DNA of 64,000 nt from Eledone cirrhosa. Taxonomy: Eukaryota. A program made the translations under genes and the position numbers. Below are positions 1-12,895 of this stretch, piece after piece (the stretch's first letter is position 1; each line of letters begins with the position of its first letter). Below the pieces are notes generated by a model. It was not told where the DNA came from. It saw only the letters and a list, made by a program, of their open reading frames with translations, and ran no database searches. Where the stretch lies: the NCBI GenBank assembly GCA_964016885.1, contig OZ024741.1:380618001-380682000 (forward strand), read 5' to 3'.

Positions 1-823
1 TGCTGGGTCATTTCTATGTTTAGATATTATTCTAATGTCTATGTTGTCTATGATACTGCCGTGTTGTTGTCTGGCATGTTCGTATAATACTGAACCGTTT
101 TTTCGTCCTTTTAGTTCCCCCAGTGTTGGTCTATCCTTTCACCTATGCTACGAGCTGTCTCGCCTATGTATGTTGTTGTCATGTTTCTGCAAGTTCCCTG
201 TGTACATCTTATGCTATAGACTACGTTTCTAGTTTTACAGTTTATCCGGGGCTTTACCTTACATATGATACATTTCCTATTAGTACAGTGGGTTTTCTTA
301 AAAGGGTAGGTTTTTCTGATCAGGGATTTTATGGTGGTTCCTGGCTTTTCTACCACCTTAATCTTTAAGTGGGTCTTTCTCAGGGCCTTTCTACACTGGT
401 TAGCTAATTTCCCTCCAGGGGTAGCGTCCACAAACATGACACTCTGGTATCTCTGGTTGTCGTACCATGAGGTGGCTTTCCCTATCTTTTGTCTAGCCCT
501 ATCTAAGCTATTCCATGATTTGCTCCTGTATAATGGGCAAATTCCTTTCCTGTCCAGTTCTATGAGGGTCTTATACTTCTCCATGGCTCCTTCGTATACT
601 CTGACTCTGTGTCTTTGGTTGTAGCCAGAGAACTGCATGCGGTTGATGAAGTGTTGGATGTGTCTTTCTATTTCATGGTCAGTCAATGGCAACATTGAGG
701 ACCGAATAAATTAGATTACCGATATAAAAGACACAGAAGAAAAAAGCGAAAACCAACCAAACAGTGAGTGTGTTCTGTTATTAATTCTGGCAATATTACA
801 CAAATATGACCCTCCCCAAGTAT

Positions 824-829
<6 letters not shown>
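1..829 (-). mobile_element. Penelope-like element fragment: RT C-terminus, Cys-rich linker and GIY-YIG endonuclease, with a short inverted pLTR piece at its 5' side
   Basis: ORF 111-695 reads CTNRKCIIC...CKTRNVVYSIRC...YIGETARSIGERIDQH (VVY/YIG motif). After a frameshift it continues as SVLYEHARQQHG...IISKH to the window edge. 700-829 ends in ATGACCCTCCCCAAGTATAACAAT followed by (TA)n, matching the terminus at 2591-2614. Confidence 0.8.
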
Positions 830-862
<33 letters not shown>

Positions 863-1634
863 TATATAGATATACATATATATATATACATTATCATCAT
901 CCTCATCATCATCATCAGCATTGTATATATATATAAAGCTCGGTGAGAAAAAGCATTTGCTTTCAAAACAAAAGGCTACTCTTGGATTGCATGAATAAAT
1001 GAACACCAATGAACATGATCATTATCAGTAACATCATCATCATCATCATTATTAGCTTAGTTTTCAGATTATCTATCTCTTTTATCCTCCATCTTGCTCT
1101 CCTCACATTCATCCACATCTTTATCCTTACCTTCATCACTATTCTGAACAAGCTGAGGCTTACACCATAGATAAGAAATAGAGAAAATAACTGAAATCAA
1201 ATAAACACAAAAATAAAGGCTAAAAAATGATTGCTAAATAAAAGGAAAAAAAGGTAAAACAAATGACAATGAAATACAAGACAGTGTCTATGATTGGAGA
1301 AGAAATATATTTGCAGATATCCATCTTTTGATGTAGCCAGTAAAGAGACTGCTGCAAAATGACTAAAATATTACTGCAATATAATTACGAAATCAATAGA
1401 TTCTAACCTAAAATCACTATGCAGCCCTACATTTTGATAGCAATATTTCTAATACTATACAGAGGTTCAATATTTTATAAATACTTATATATATATAAGT
1501 AGGTTACACTTACACCTCCATAGAGGCCTACATACACACACACACACACACAGATATATATATATATATAGAGAGAGAGAATTAGTATATCTACCAACAT
1601 ATGTATACAGATGTATACACATGCTAGCAAATAT

Positions 1635-2033
1635 ATATGTTATGTCTTAGTACCTTTGTGGTTCTATGCAGGGGGATGCAGAACAATTATATGAAAGACG
1701 TAAAATAAGAAAATTTTAAAAATTAAAAATTAACTTACTTACTAAAATTTAGAATTTGCCACTGACCAAGTAGGCAGTGAATGTTTTCAGTGCCCTGGAA
1801 TTTAGTCCCCGCTAGCTTTATTCCATCCACTGAATTATTATTTTTATATTGGTTCCTAGTGTCCGCGCATTGCCTGGGAACTTAGCTGAGAATAGACTCC
1901 CTGATGACGTAAGGACTTCTCTATAGTTGCATTACGTAACTATATTTATTCCCTTACAGAAACTAATTAGTTGGATTGAAAATTTTAGTAAGTAAGTTAA
2001 TTTTTAATTTTTAAAATGTTCTTATTTTATGTC

Positions 2034-2042
<9 letters not shown>
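1635..2042 (+). mobile_element. Fold-back mini-element (PLE 3' end plus inverted copy) with hammerhead motif
   Basis: Inverted repeats 1688-1750 / 1980-2042; HHR motif just inside the right arm; right arm ends in (TA)n; ~50-nt extension left of the left arm. Confidence 0.65.
1895..1977 (+). ncRNA. Type-I hammerhead ribozyme motif with long stem II
   Basis: UCC-CUGAUGA-C-GUAAGG...(inner hairpin UAUAGUUGC/GUAACUAUA)...CCUUAC-A-GAAA-CUAAUUAG-UU-GGA. Stem III is palindromic; stem I is weak. Confidence 0.6.
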
Positions 2043-2071
<29 letters not shown>

Positions 2072-2283
2072 CGTTTCTGAATTTGTTTAACAAGATTCTT
2101 TATCTGAAATCGTGTGTTGAAACCGATATTGTTATACTTTGGGAGGGTCATGTTGCCAATAAGAAACACACGCACCAGTTGCTTTCACTTCAGTTTATTA
2201 TATATTTATAAATTTACAAATTTATAAATTTATAAATTTCTGGTTGGTTGGTTGGTTCCACAACCAGATAGTTGTTTATATAT

Positions 2284-2328
2284 AGTCATAGTCCTTTCGT
2301 CACACACTCTGTGACCTCTTCGGTGACT
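2284..2328 (-). ncRNA. Hammerhead ribozyme motif, mirror copy in the left arm
   Basis: Exact reverse complement of 2422-2466. Confidence 0.6.
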
Positions 2329-2421
2329 GGGGATTCCTTTCTTTGTTTCTGTGCCTCTCCTTTGTTCTGTCCTACGCCATTTTGTTTTCATAGAGGCACA
2401 GAAACAAAGAAAGGAATCCCC

Positions 2422-2466
2422 AGTCACCGAAGAGGTCACAGAGTGTGTGACGAAAGGACTATGACT
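2422..2466 (+). ncRNA. Hammerhead ribozyme motif with variant core (CCGAAGA plus an extra G)
   Basis: AGUCA-CCGAAGA-G-GUCAC-agagugu-GUGAC-GAAA-GGAC-UA-UGACU. Stems I and II are perfect; stem III is minimal. Confidence 0.65.
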
Positions 2467-2612
2467 ATATATAAACAACTATCTGGTTGTGGAACCAACC
2501 AACCAACCAGAAATTTATAAATTTGTAAATTTATAAATATATAATAAACTGAAGTGAAAGCAACTGGTGCGTGTGTTTCTTATTGGCAACATGACCCTCC
2601 CAAAGTATAACA

Positions 2613-2745
<133 letters not shown>

Positions 2746-2784
2746 AAGGAAATATATTTGGAACATAGCAAGCAATGTTTTAGA

Positions 2785-3471
2785 ATTGAAATAGAAATAG
2801 AAGAGCTGCTGTAAGATTGAATACATAATATAGTCTAATAGTAATAAAACCCTTTATTAGACTATTTTATGTAGGCAATGTTACAGCAACACTGCTATTT
2901 CTATTTCAATATATATATATACATATATTAAGAAAAACAAAACAAGGTTTCACATTCATGTTTTAACTGATTAGGCTCAGTTAGGAAGATTTTACAGATG
3001 TGTGGCTCAAGATATATATTTGTATTTTAGACCTGATTCCAGCCCCAAAATATCTATATCTATATATCTATATCTATCAATTGGTCTATGCGGATGATTG
3101 TTTTAACCATTGTCTCAGTGTGTTTGGCCTTTAACGTATGTTGTAGTTCTGGTTCATCTGAATCATTGAACGCTTGCCACACATCTCGGAAGTTGTTTTT
3201 CGTTAATTCCTGAGCCGAAATACGATTCTCGCTAATTTATATTTATATATATATAGAGAGAGATAGATAGATAGATCAATTGATAGATATAGATATATAG
3301 ATATAGATATTTTGGGGTTGGAATCAGGTCTAAAATACAAATATATATATTGAGCCACACATCTGTAAAATCTTCCTAACTGAGCCTAATCAGTTAAAAC
3401 ATCAATGTGAAACCTTGTTTTGTTTTTCTTAATATATGTATATATATATTGAAATAGAAATAGCAGTGTTG
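2785..3471. repeat. Nested fold-back: ~125-bp hairpin (2785-2910) overlapping a ~200-bp inverted repeat (2887-3089 / 3271-3471)
   Basis: Arms read directly as reverse complements; (TA)n lies on both outer sides. Confidence 0.85.
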
Positions 3472-3488
3472 TATATATATATATAAGT

Positions 3489-3520
<32 letters not shown>

Positions 3521-3698
3521 AGGAAAGAACAATGAAGTTTCATTTATATATATTTCTATTTCTATTGTGTATCAATGTGTTATGTGCATTTCACACATCG
3601 CTTGCTCAAGGCCACCCATGGAAATTATAAACATGACTGCAGCATTGATCTGCACCTTAGATTGATGATTCATCAATATATATATATATATATATAGA

Positions 3699-4108
3699 TG
3701 GCGGTGAATTGGCAGTATCGGTAGAGGGTTGGACACTATGCTTTCTAGCATAGTTACGTCCCTGTACAGTCTGAGTTCAAATCCCGCCGAGGTTAACTTT
3801 ATCTTTCATCCTTACGGTGTCGATAAAATAAAGTACCAGTAATGTACTGGGTAATTGCTGGCTTTGTGCCTTAAGTAGAAACAAATATATATATATATAT
3901 ATATGTATATTGATAAATGATGGTGGTGGATTGGCAGTATCAGTAGAGAGTCAGACGCCATGTTTTGAAGCATAGAGTTACATCTCTTTATGAGCTGAGT
4001 TCAAATACCGCCAAGGTTAACTTTGCCTTTCATCCTTACGGGGTCGATAAAATGAAGTACCAATAATGTACTGGGTAATAGCTGTCCTTGTGCCAAAAGT
4101 AGAAACAA
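3699..4108 (+). mobile_element. Two tandem copies of a ~185-bp tRNA-derived SINE (3699-3884, 3921-4108)
   Basis: A-box-like TGGCAGTATCGG, B-box GAGTTCAAATCCC, body CTTTCATCCTTACGGGGTCGATAAAAT, end GTAGAAACAA. Many other copies in the window. Confidence 0.85.
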
Positions 4109-4130
4109 ATAAATATATATATATATATAT

Positions 4131-4655
<525 letters not shown>

Positions 4656-5277
4656 GTATGTCTCTCTGTAAAGTTTGTATACCAAATAATATATATGTTT
4701 TATGAATAAATATTTGAAAGCTTTTAGCAATGAATTTGGAAGTTTTTGGTTGATGCCATATACCAAGTTCCAGCAGAAGCAAGGAGGAAGTCACCGACAG
4801 CTGTTTTTGGCATATGTGCCATTGTCAAGGTGACACACCTCTTTTCCTCAAGATACATTGGAACTCAAATAAGCTGCTAACATAGTTTTATGGCTTATGT
4901 ATATGGGCTGATTAGCCTAATTTGCATACAGAATTGTAGGCTGGCTTCACCTGAACAAGAAATATAATTAAAGTGTTTGCTCCAGCATAGCTGTATACAT
5001 ATATGTATGTAAAATTTGTATATCGAATAATATGTAAGGACAACTTTATATACAACTAGAACCAGTAACTGTGTCAATAACTCTTATGGAAGCTGTATAG
5101 ATTATGTTAATGATGATAATACAGTAGCAAAACCAATAACAATACTGACAGTGATAATAGTAATAGAAGTAAATGTAGCCCCGAAAGTATAATAAGAAGT
5201 GGAAGAGTTCTAGAGACGTTTTGAGGCATAGTTACATAAATACGGACAGAATGGAAGAAGTTAAAGGAGCTTCTACC

Positions 5278-5647
5278 TCTAAGGAAATATGGTACGTTTA
5301 TAAATAAATATTTAGAAAGCCGTAGCTATGCAAAACGTCAGCAGCTAACGCCACATAGCAGTGTCCAGCAGAAGCAAGAGAGACAATCATCGATGCATTT
5401 CGAAGTGAAGTGGTTCACATCAAGATGATCACTCCCGCTCTTGCAACTGCTGAATTTTGAAAACAGGTGAGAATATAGTTTTCTCGTCTTCGAGTATAGC
5501 TGATGGTTTTTTTTGTTTGCATAGCTACAGTTTTCTAAGTGTTTATTTATAAACATACCATATTTCTTTAGAAATACGAAATTTCAATACATATCTGTAT
5601 ACAGCTATGCTTGAAGCTTAATTCTAATTCTGTTATTTATATCTATA

Positions 5648-5650
<3 letters not shown>
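5278..5650 (-). mobile_element. Fold-back mini-element with divergent hammerhead
   Basis: Inverted repeats 5278-5334 / 5516-5572, followed by a ~75-nt tail and then (TA)n. The left end is not at a TA tract. Confidence 0.6.
5385..5430 (-). ncRNA. Hammerhead-like motif with divergent core
   Basis: GAUCAUC-UUGAUGU-GAA...UUC-GAAA-UGCA-UC-GAUGAUU: 7-bp stem I, palindromic stem III, AUC triplet. Core has two substitutions relative to CUGAUGA. Confidence 0.5.
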
Positions 5651-5724
<74 letters not shown>

Positions 5725-6928
5725 GTGTGTATATATATGCATATATCGAGGTACGATCTGTTTGTGTATGGAACCTGACTCTGGGTTTGCAAATTCCTCA
5801 GATACGTCTAGTGATTTCGAAGCAAATCCTCTTTGTGCTGGACTCCGAACCTTCGAATTTCTATCATCTGCCACCACCGTTTGCGTGTCACTTCGATTGC
5901 TTGATAGTTCGAGACATCATCTTTGTGTTTGACCATCAAATGTGCCCACTGATCATTTCCATTTAGGCGTGAGCCGTCACTCACCCTAATGCGGTTGCCA
6001 GAAATTACTGCTGTGTGTAGGAGAGGTGCTATGAACACTCTTGCCCTTCCCTGGCTTGCCCGTCTCCCTACACATATACAGCCATACGTACGTGTGCTCA
6101 CACATATACAGACAGTCCAAGCCATTATTTGTACACTTATCTGAGTGAACACACACACACATACACGCATAGCTTGCGTGTTTGCATTCACACACGTAGA
6201 TATACACGCGCGTATATATGCAGTCAGCCAGGCCTACTCGTATACACACACACGCATATATATATATATGTGTATGCACACGCACACACATATACATGTG
6301 TGTACATATACATACACCCCCCCCCCCACACACACACACACATATATACGCACTCACACACAGACACACACCCACACCCACACGTACGCACACATATGAA
6401 AATAAACTGTACAAAATTATTTGGAAAGTGCATAAAAACATGCATATGTATATCAGGCAGTGCACAAAGAAATATTACGTGAAGAAATATGTAAAAAATA
6501 CAAAAGAAGTACATATGGGGAATAGGTCAAAGAATGCACAAAAGAACTCACAAAGTGGTATATACGTATATGCAGACACACTTTGATGAACAGGTTTACT
6601 GAGTTGGCATGATGGTGCTAACGTGAAATAATCCACATACCTTATAAACAAAATTACATATGGGAAGCCCATAGGAACAATGCAGAGGGTATACTTTAAA
6701 CATATATAACAATTCTATAAAAAATTCACATGAGGTTGTACATGAAAAAATACATAAAGTGTTACATAATGGAATATGTAGAGAAAATACACACACTACA
6801 TAAAAAAAGAACAGTTAGTAATGGAGTATGCTACTGTGGCTGAAATAGAGTGCCTTAGTGATGTGGCATACGGGATTGAGTGGAAATTGAACCGCCATGT
6901 CCTGGCTACTTCGACGGCGGTGTTTAAG

Positions 6929-6968
6929 ATAAGGTACAGTCAAATGTGCACATTTGACTGTACCTTAT
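6929..6968. repeat. Perfect spacer-less 40-bp palindrome
   Basis: ATAAGGTACAGTCAAATGTG|CACATTTGACTGTACCTTAT. Confidence 0.95.
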
Positions 6969-7159
6969 TGAGTGTGTCAACATGCCCCACAAGGCATACA
7001 TAGTCATCAAAGTATGGTGTCAGGTCCCATGGACCCGCGCTGCCACCCCGACTGACGTCCGCTTCCCCGTATGGCTCTAGTAGGGTCCATCCGGAGGTAC
7101 CATGCGGAGGGTGTGCACCTTCGAAGGATGCCATGCTTTGCAACAAAGAATTACGGCCC

Positions 7160-7281
7160 TTTATGGTCTGAGTTCAAATCCCGCCGAGGTTAACTTTGCC
7201 TTTCATGGTTACGGGGTCGATAAAATAAAGTACCAGTAATGTACCGGGATATTGTTGGCCTTCTGCCAAAAATAGAAACAA
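7160..7281 (+). mobile_element. 5'-truncated SINE, same family as 3699
   Basis: GAGTTCAAATCCCGCCGAGGTTAACTTTGCCTTTCAT...TAGAAACAA. Confidence 0.75.
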
Positions 7282-7355
7282 TTATTACAATGTATCTATA
7301 TTCAAAGTTCTTGTTTAATTCTTAATATATATATATATATATATATATATACATG

Positions 7356-7394
<39 letters not shown>

Positions 7395-8286
7395 CATATT
7401 ATATATATAAATATATATATATATGTCATATGATGATGATTACTTCATCTTGAAAGATGAAATAATCACCTGAATCATTCCTGAAAGTCTACAACTTCTC
7501 AGGTGCAAGAATTTGACTCATCAATCCAACAAAAATCAAAACAAAGACGCCACCCATAATCAAAGCCAACACTCCAACATAGTACACATCATCACATGTG
7601 ACTGGAGAACCATGAGTCCTCTTACTCATACTACATCCTCTGTAATGACAAAGCTATGGAAGTGACAGTATTTTGTGGTACAAATTCATATGATACTCCA
7701 ATAGCTGCAGCAATGAACCAAATGTCTATATGGTGCCAAGAACTCAGAGTCCAGGCTTACATTAGTTAGAGAGATAGAACAACGGTTCAAGAAAATTACA
7801 AAAGAGACATGTGTACATCTTAGATTAAAGTGACAAATGCTTGTGCAACACAAATGCCACTCACTAAGTCTCAATGATTATTATCTGATTCTGATGATAA
7901 GACTAAGCAAGATGACCAGTAATCATACAAACAACAGGTTTTACTTCAAAATATCCTTCCTTTAAAAAAATACCATCAAAATAGCTAAGGATCTTTCACT
8001 CACAATGAATCTATTATACACTCTGTCACTAATTAGGGGTATTTCTGGGTTCACACAAATAAATGAGTTGTCACATTTATGACTAATTAATTCTATCTAC
8101 CCCAGTTTTGAAATCAGTGTGACCCTTCTTCTAAACAAACTACCATCCAGGACTGATGACTTATTTTTTCTGGAGTAACTGGTTTTAAAATGCCAGTAAC
8201 TCACCTTTGCCACTTCTTGTCAGTTCCAAATATATCTGCCAATATATATATATATATCTACATACATACGTACACACCCAAACACA

Positions 8287-8290
<4 letters not shown>

Positions 8291-8378
<88 letters not shown>
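8291..8378. repeat. (CT)n microsatellite
   Basis: Visible directly. Confidence 0.95.
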
Positions 8379-8382
<4 letters not shown>

Positions 8383-11349
8383 GTATATATATGTGTGTGT
8401 GTGAGCATGTACAAAAATACGATATAGTTCTTGGCTAAAATATAGAAACAATTATTTAGCTAGATAACGATTATTTAGCTAGATAAATTGTTCACACAAT
8501 CTTCCTAAGCGAAGACATATTGTGAGGGCATCATATTGGAAAGATATTTTAGAGATTTAGGTTGATTGCTTATTTTCCATATCAGATCCCAATTTCATAG
8601 TGATTATGCACCTGACAATACCAGATTCTCCCCTGCAACCATAGCAGCACTACTCTTCTGGTGTTACTAGAAATAACTTTCAGTTGGGTGAAATGGGAGA
8701 ATAAGATGAGTGCTTTGCTCAAAGACATAGCACATCAACAAGTGTAAGAATCTTATTAAGTAACCTAATAATCATGAGTCCAACAGTCTAACACTGCTAT
8801 CCACCACCAAGGCAAGAATTGAAGAGAATAAAATTAAATATATTGCATTATATAACTGCTTTCTACATTCTGAGTTCAAATCCCACTTATGTTAGCTTTG
8901 CTCTTCACCCTTATAAGATTGATAAAATAAAGTAGCAATAATACACTGGGGTCGATTTAATTGGCTCCCACACACAATTGTTGGCCTTATGCTCTAATCA
9001 GAAACCATTATATTATCAATTTCAGGACTCAGTGTCCTGAGCTTATATGTTTGTGAGCATCCAAGACTTTATAATGTATTGGTTAGTAAGGAGGAGGGGT
9101 GGCTACTACCCATGAGCCTTTTCATGGTTCTCCAGGACTGGAGGGAAAGAAGGAGAAAGGTATACTCAAACTGGAGACCTGACACAATTTCTTGCAATGG
9201 AGTAAACCCTACTAAAGTCACCCAAGGCCCAAGTGAGGGTTTGAAATCAGGTGAGGGTGGAAGTTTCTTACACGTGTATACCAACCATGACTGAATTCGA
9301 ATTCAGAATGCAAAGTACTAAAACAAATACTGCAAAGCATCAGGTCTGATGCTCTAATAATCTCACTAGTTTTCTGTAAAGTATCATCTAATGATCCCTC
9401 TAGTTTACAGCAAAGTATCATATAATCTCTTGCGCTAATAACCCCCCTTGTCTACTGCAAAATATCTAGCCCAATGCACAAATAATCTTTCTAGTTTATT
9501 GCAAAGTATCTAGTCTTGTGCTTTAAAGGTCCATCTAGTTTATGCCATATACAGTGTACTGTCTTATTTATGGAATCTGGAAGGATGAAAAGCAAATTGA
9601 CCTCAATAGAATTTGAACTATTATTTCAAGGAGATGGAACAAAAACAACAAATCATTTCAACCAATGCTATATTTATTCTGTCAGCTCACTATTTTATAT
9701 ATAAATTGTCCTTTAACTAAGTCAAAGAATTCAATTGAGATGAAGAAAATAAGGTAGTTTCTCCATTATCCCTCAGCTTGCCAGAAATAGCAACCAAATC
9801 TTCCTGAAATCATATATTATACACCATGCCTGAAAATAAATTGTTTGGTCATCGCTGGATGCCTTTGATCATAGAGCTGCTAAATCAGTGCTAAAGAATA
9901 ACTAGTGTATCAGACTAAATTCTTTATAGTATTGTTTTCATTACCAGTTCAATTCATGCAAGAGTAAATTTGCTTTTTGTTACTCGCGGGTTCAAGTTTA
10001 GTAACAGTAATATACTGAAGTTAATTCAATAGAATTTATGTTTGTACAGATACTTATGATCATAGAAATACAGAGACTGGAATATAAAGTCATAAAATGG
10101 GAAAGAAATATATTAGTTGATTTAGTCTGGATCTAATTACTTTAGGTTGAAATGGCAAAGCTGATTTTGGCCAGAAGCAAGACACATAAAGTTAATTTAT
10201 TACAAGGAACTAAGAAAGAGAATATTTAAGTATTATATTTCTTAGATATTGTTTAGCTCCAACATCAGGCCTGAGTATTTGTAGGCTAACTCAGAGCTTA
10301 GCAACAGCCACAACATAAATTTGAATTTATTTAATAGACAAATAAAGATTTCATATTCAAGCTCCAACCCAACAATTTTGCAGCAAGGTTAAGTTAATTA
10401 AATCAATCCCTGTCCATTACTGGTACTTTATTTTATCAACTCCTTAAGGAGGAAAGGCAAGGCTAACCTCAGCAAGATTTGAAATCAGAATGTAGGAAGT
10501 GGTTATATAATGGTTTCTGATTTAAGTGCAAGGCCAACAAGTTTGGGGGAGTGGAAAGTCGATTAAATTGAGCCAGGTGCATTACTGGAACTTAATCTTA
10601 TTAACCACATAAAGAATCAGAATGTAAAGAGCAGTAGCAAATAATAACAGAAAGCAGTTGCAATTTGTAAAGTGTCTCACGTAAAAATATAATGCCACAT
10701 CTAAAGATGCAGACCTGTAATTTACTATTGGGTAGCAACTAATTCAAAACTAGCTTTTACCCAAGTTGATGACTTATCACAATTTTCCAAAGAATAAACT
10801 TGCAAGAGATGCCTCTCCAGGCATTAGCATTTATTTGAGACTCCATGTGTTAATTAGAACAGGATTTATGGGAGATGTAGCTTCTATTCTAGCAGGTCAA
10901 GTGACAACATAAAGGTTCCCTCATTGGTTGGCATTGAGATCAGGAGTCAATATACATGGAAGGCCAACTTAAGGAAGCAGTCCTCTATATCAGAGATCCA
11001 CCAAACATGGTGAATGCCATATAATGTGAGAGACCAAACGAAGAAGGGTGTCTTCAATTTGAGGGATCCTCAATCATTTTAGGTCATCTTGCATCAAAAC
11101 AGAATTGTTTCATCATCTCAATACCAACAACCTGTAAGAACCATTATGTGCTCAACTGGCTAAATCCCCTTCAAATTCCTGTAAATAATAAAAGATCAAA
11201 TCAGATAAGGTAATCCTACATAACTCTAAATAGACAGCATGATTAAATCTTCTTGAATGGGGTTGACAAAGCTAAGCAACATTTTTCAAACATAATACTT
11301 TTAACTATCAAAGTTTTGTTGGATCAAACATATTCCCTCAGAAAATAAA

Positions 11350-11480
11350 TGTTTCTACTTTTGGCACTAGGCTAGCAATTACCCCAGTGCATTACTAGTG
11401 CTTTATTTATCGACCCTATAATGATGAAAGGCAAAGTTAAACTTCGTGGGATTTGAATTCAGACCATAAAGTGCCGTAAC
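11350..11480 (-). mobile_element. SINE copy, same family as 3699
   Basis: Reverse complement of the B-box, body and end motifs. Confidence 0.7.
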
Positions 11481-12829
11481 TAGAAAATAATGATGAACTA
11501 TAAGAGGTTCTATATATTAACTCAACATGCTAGATATAGGAAAGATACATTAAAAGATGAGATGGTCATAGTGTGGATGCCTTACAACTAATCAAACATG
11601 ACTATTCCATGCATAAATAGGAACCTATAGCAGCCAATCTTCTTAGATACCCATTCACAATTACTTGACATCTTTGTGATTAACAAACACAAACTTTGTT
11701 TTCAAACTTATACCTTTTGCTTATCTGCTTCAATCAACTACCCTGCCTATTCATTTACTAAAACTATTATTATTACACACTAATAGATAGAATACACTGT
11801 GTAAGCCTGCTTCCTGTATATATAGCAAACTTTCACCTACTTCTTTCCTTGTAAAGTCTATACTCTTTCTCTGTCTCGTCCTCTCTCTGCCCAACTTCTG
11901 GTTCCTCCCTTCTCAATAAAAATTTAAACATCTGAAAATATACATTCAACAAATAGTTTGCATGGAAATGTAAAATCATTTTGCTGAAACATTATGAAAT
12001 TGTTTGTGTGCTTGATATAATGGAGGACATTTCTGATGTTCTGATCAACATATCAAGATAATTATGAACATATGTTCACAATTCCTCAAGTGAGGTAATG
12101 AAGTCAACATTTTTATTATATATTTCTTTTCAGCATAGATCATTAGTACCATGAAAGAAAACAAGAAATATCCCTTCAAGGAATGTTATTTCGAAATCTT
12201 AATTAAGCTTCAGACAAGACAGTTCTACTCAAACATCTTTTATGTTCATTAGTTTTAGCATTTAAAATCAACACTAATCAGATACATCTCACTACCAACA
12301 CCAGAGCTCCCATCACCAACACGTCCACAACTACTAACTTCTCTATTGCATCAATCACCATCATCAAGGGTTTCAAGTCTTATTTTAACAACGCAAACTT
12401 AAATCGGAAAAGCTATGCTAATAATAATGATCGTTCTAGTACTTATCTGGTGTTATAAAGATTATTTTATTGGTTTAAAAAAAAACTTTTTTATTTTCAA
12501 TTACTAATTGCACCTGTAGGACTTCTTTCCCAAGAAGAAAAATACTAACTTTTATTAAGCTCATATATATTCACACCTGCTCCAAGTTAATGTCTTGTAT
12601 AGAAAATTAATTGTGTGAGTAAAGTATATGTATAAATCTCTCTCTGACACCCACTTACACTCTCTCTCTCTCTCTCTTCTTCTCCCTCTCGCTATATTTA
12701 TATATATATACAGCGTGGAAGATAGACATTAAACGATGATGATGATGAAATATAATTATAAATATATATATATATATATATAATACACAATATATTAATA
12801 AATGGAAACTATATTTATAAAACCATATT

Positions 12830-12895
12830 TATTTTATTATATATATTTCAAGGGCAACCAAAACAAATTATGGTGCGCTTTCATCAGATAAAATA
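12830..12895 (-). ncRNA. Hammerhead ribozyme motif, family C, left arm
   Basis: Near-exact reverse complement of 13624-13689 with intact CUGAUGA and GAAA. Confidence 0.7.

Noticed and set aside
2230-2520. Two near-identical 82-aa ORFs on opposite strands
   Set aside because: A by-product of the palindrome; no protein motif.
3356-3410. Hammerhead in the 2887-3471 fold-back (CACAT-CTGTAAA...AAAAC..ATGTG)
   Set aside because: Both conserved core segments are too degenerate to call.
3699-3790. tRNA gene
   Set aside because: A/B boxes belong to a multi-copy SINE head; no cloverleaf or acceptor stem.
9366-9545. CRISPR-like repeat-spacer array
   Set aside because: Repeats are degenerate, spacing is irregular, the context is eukaryotic and no cas genes are present.
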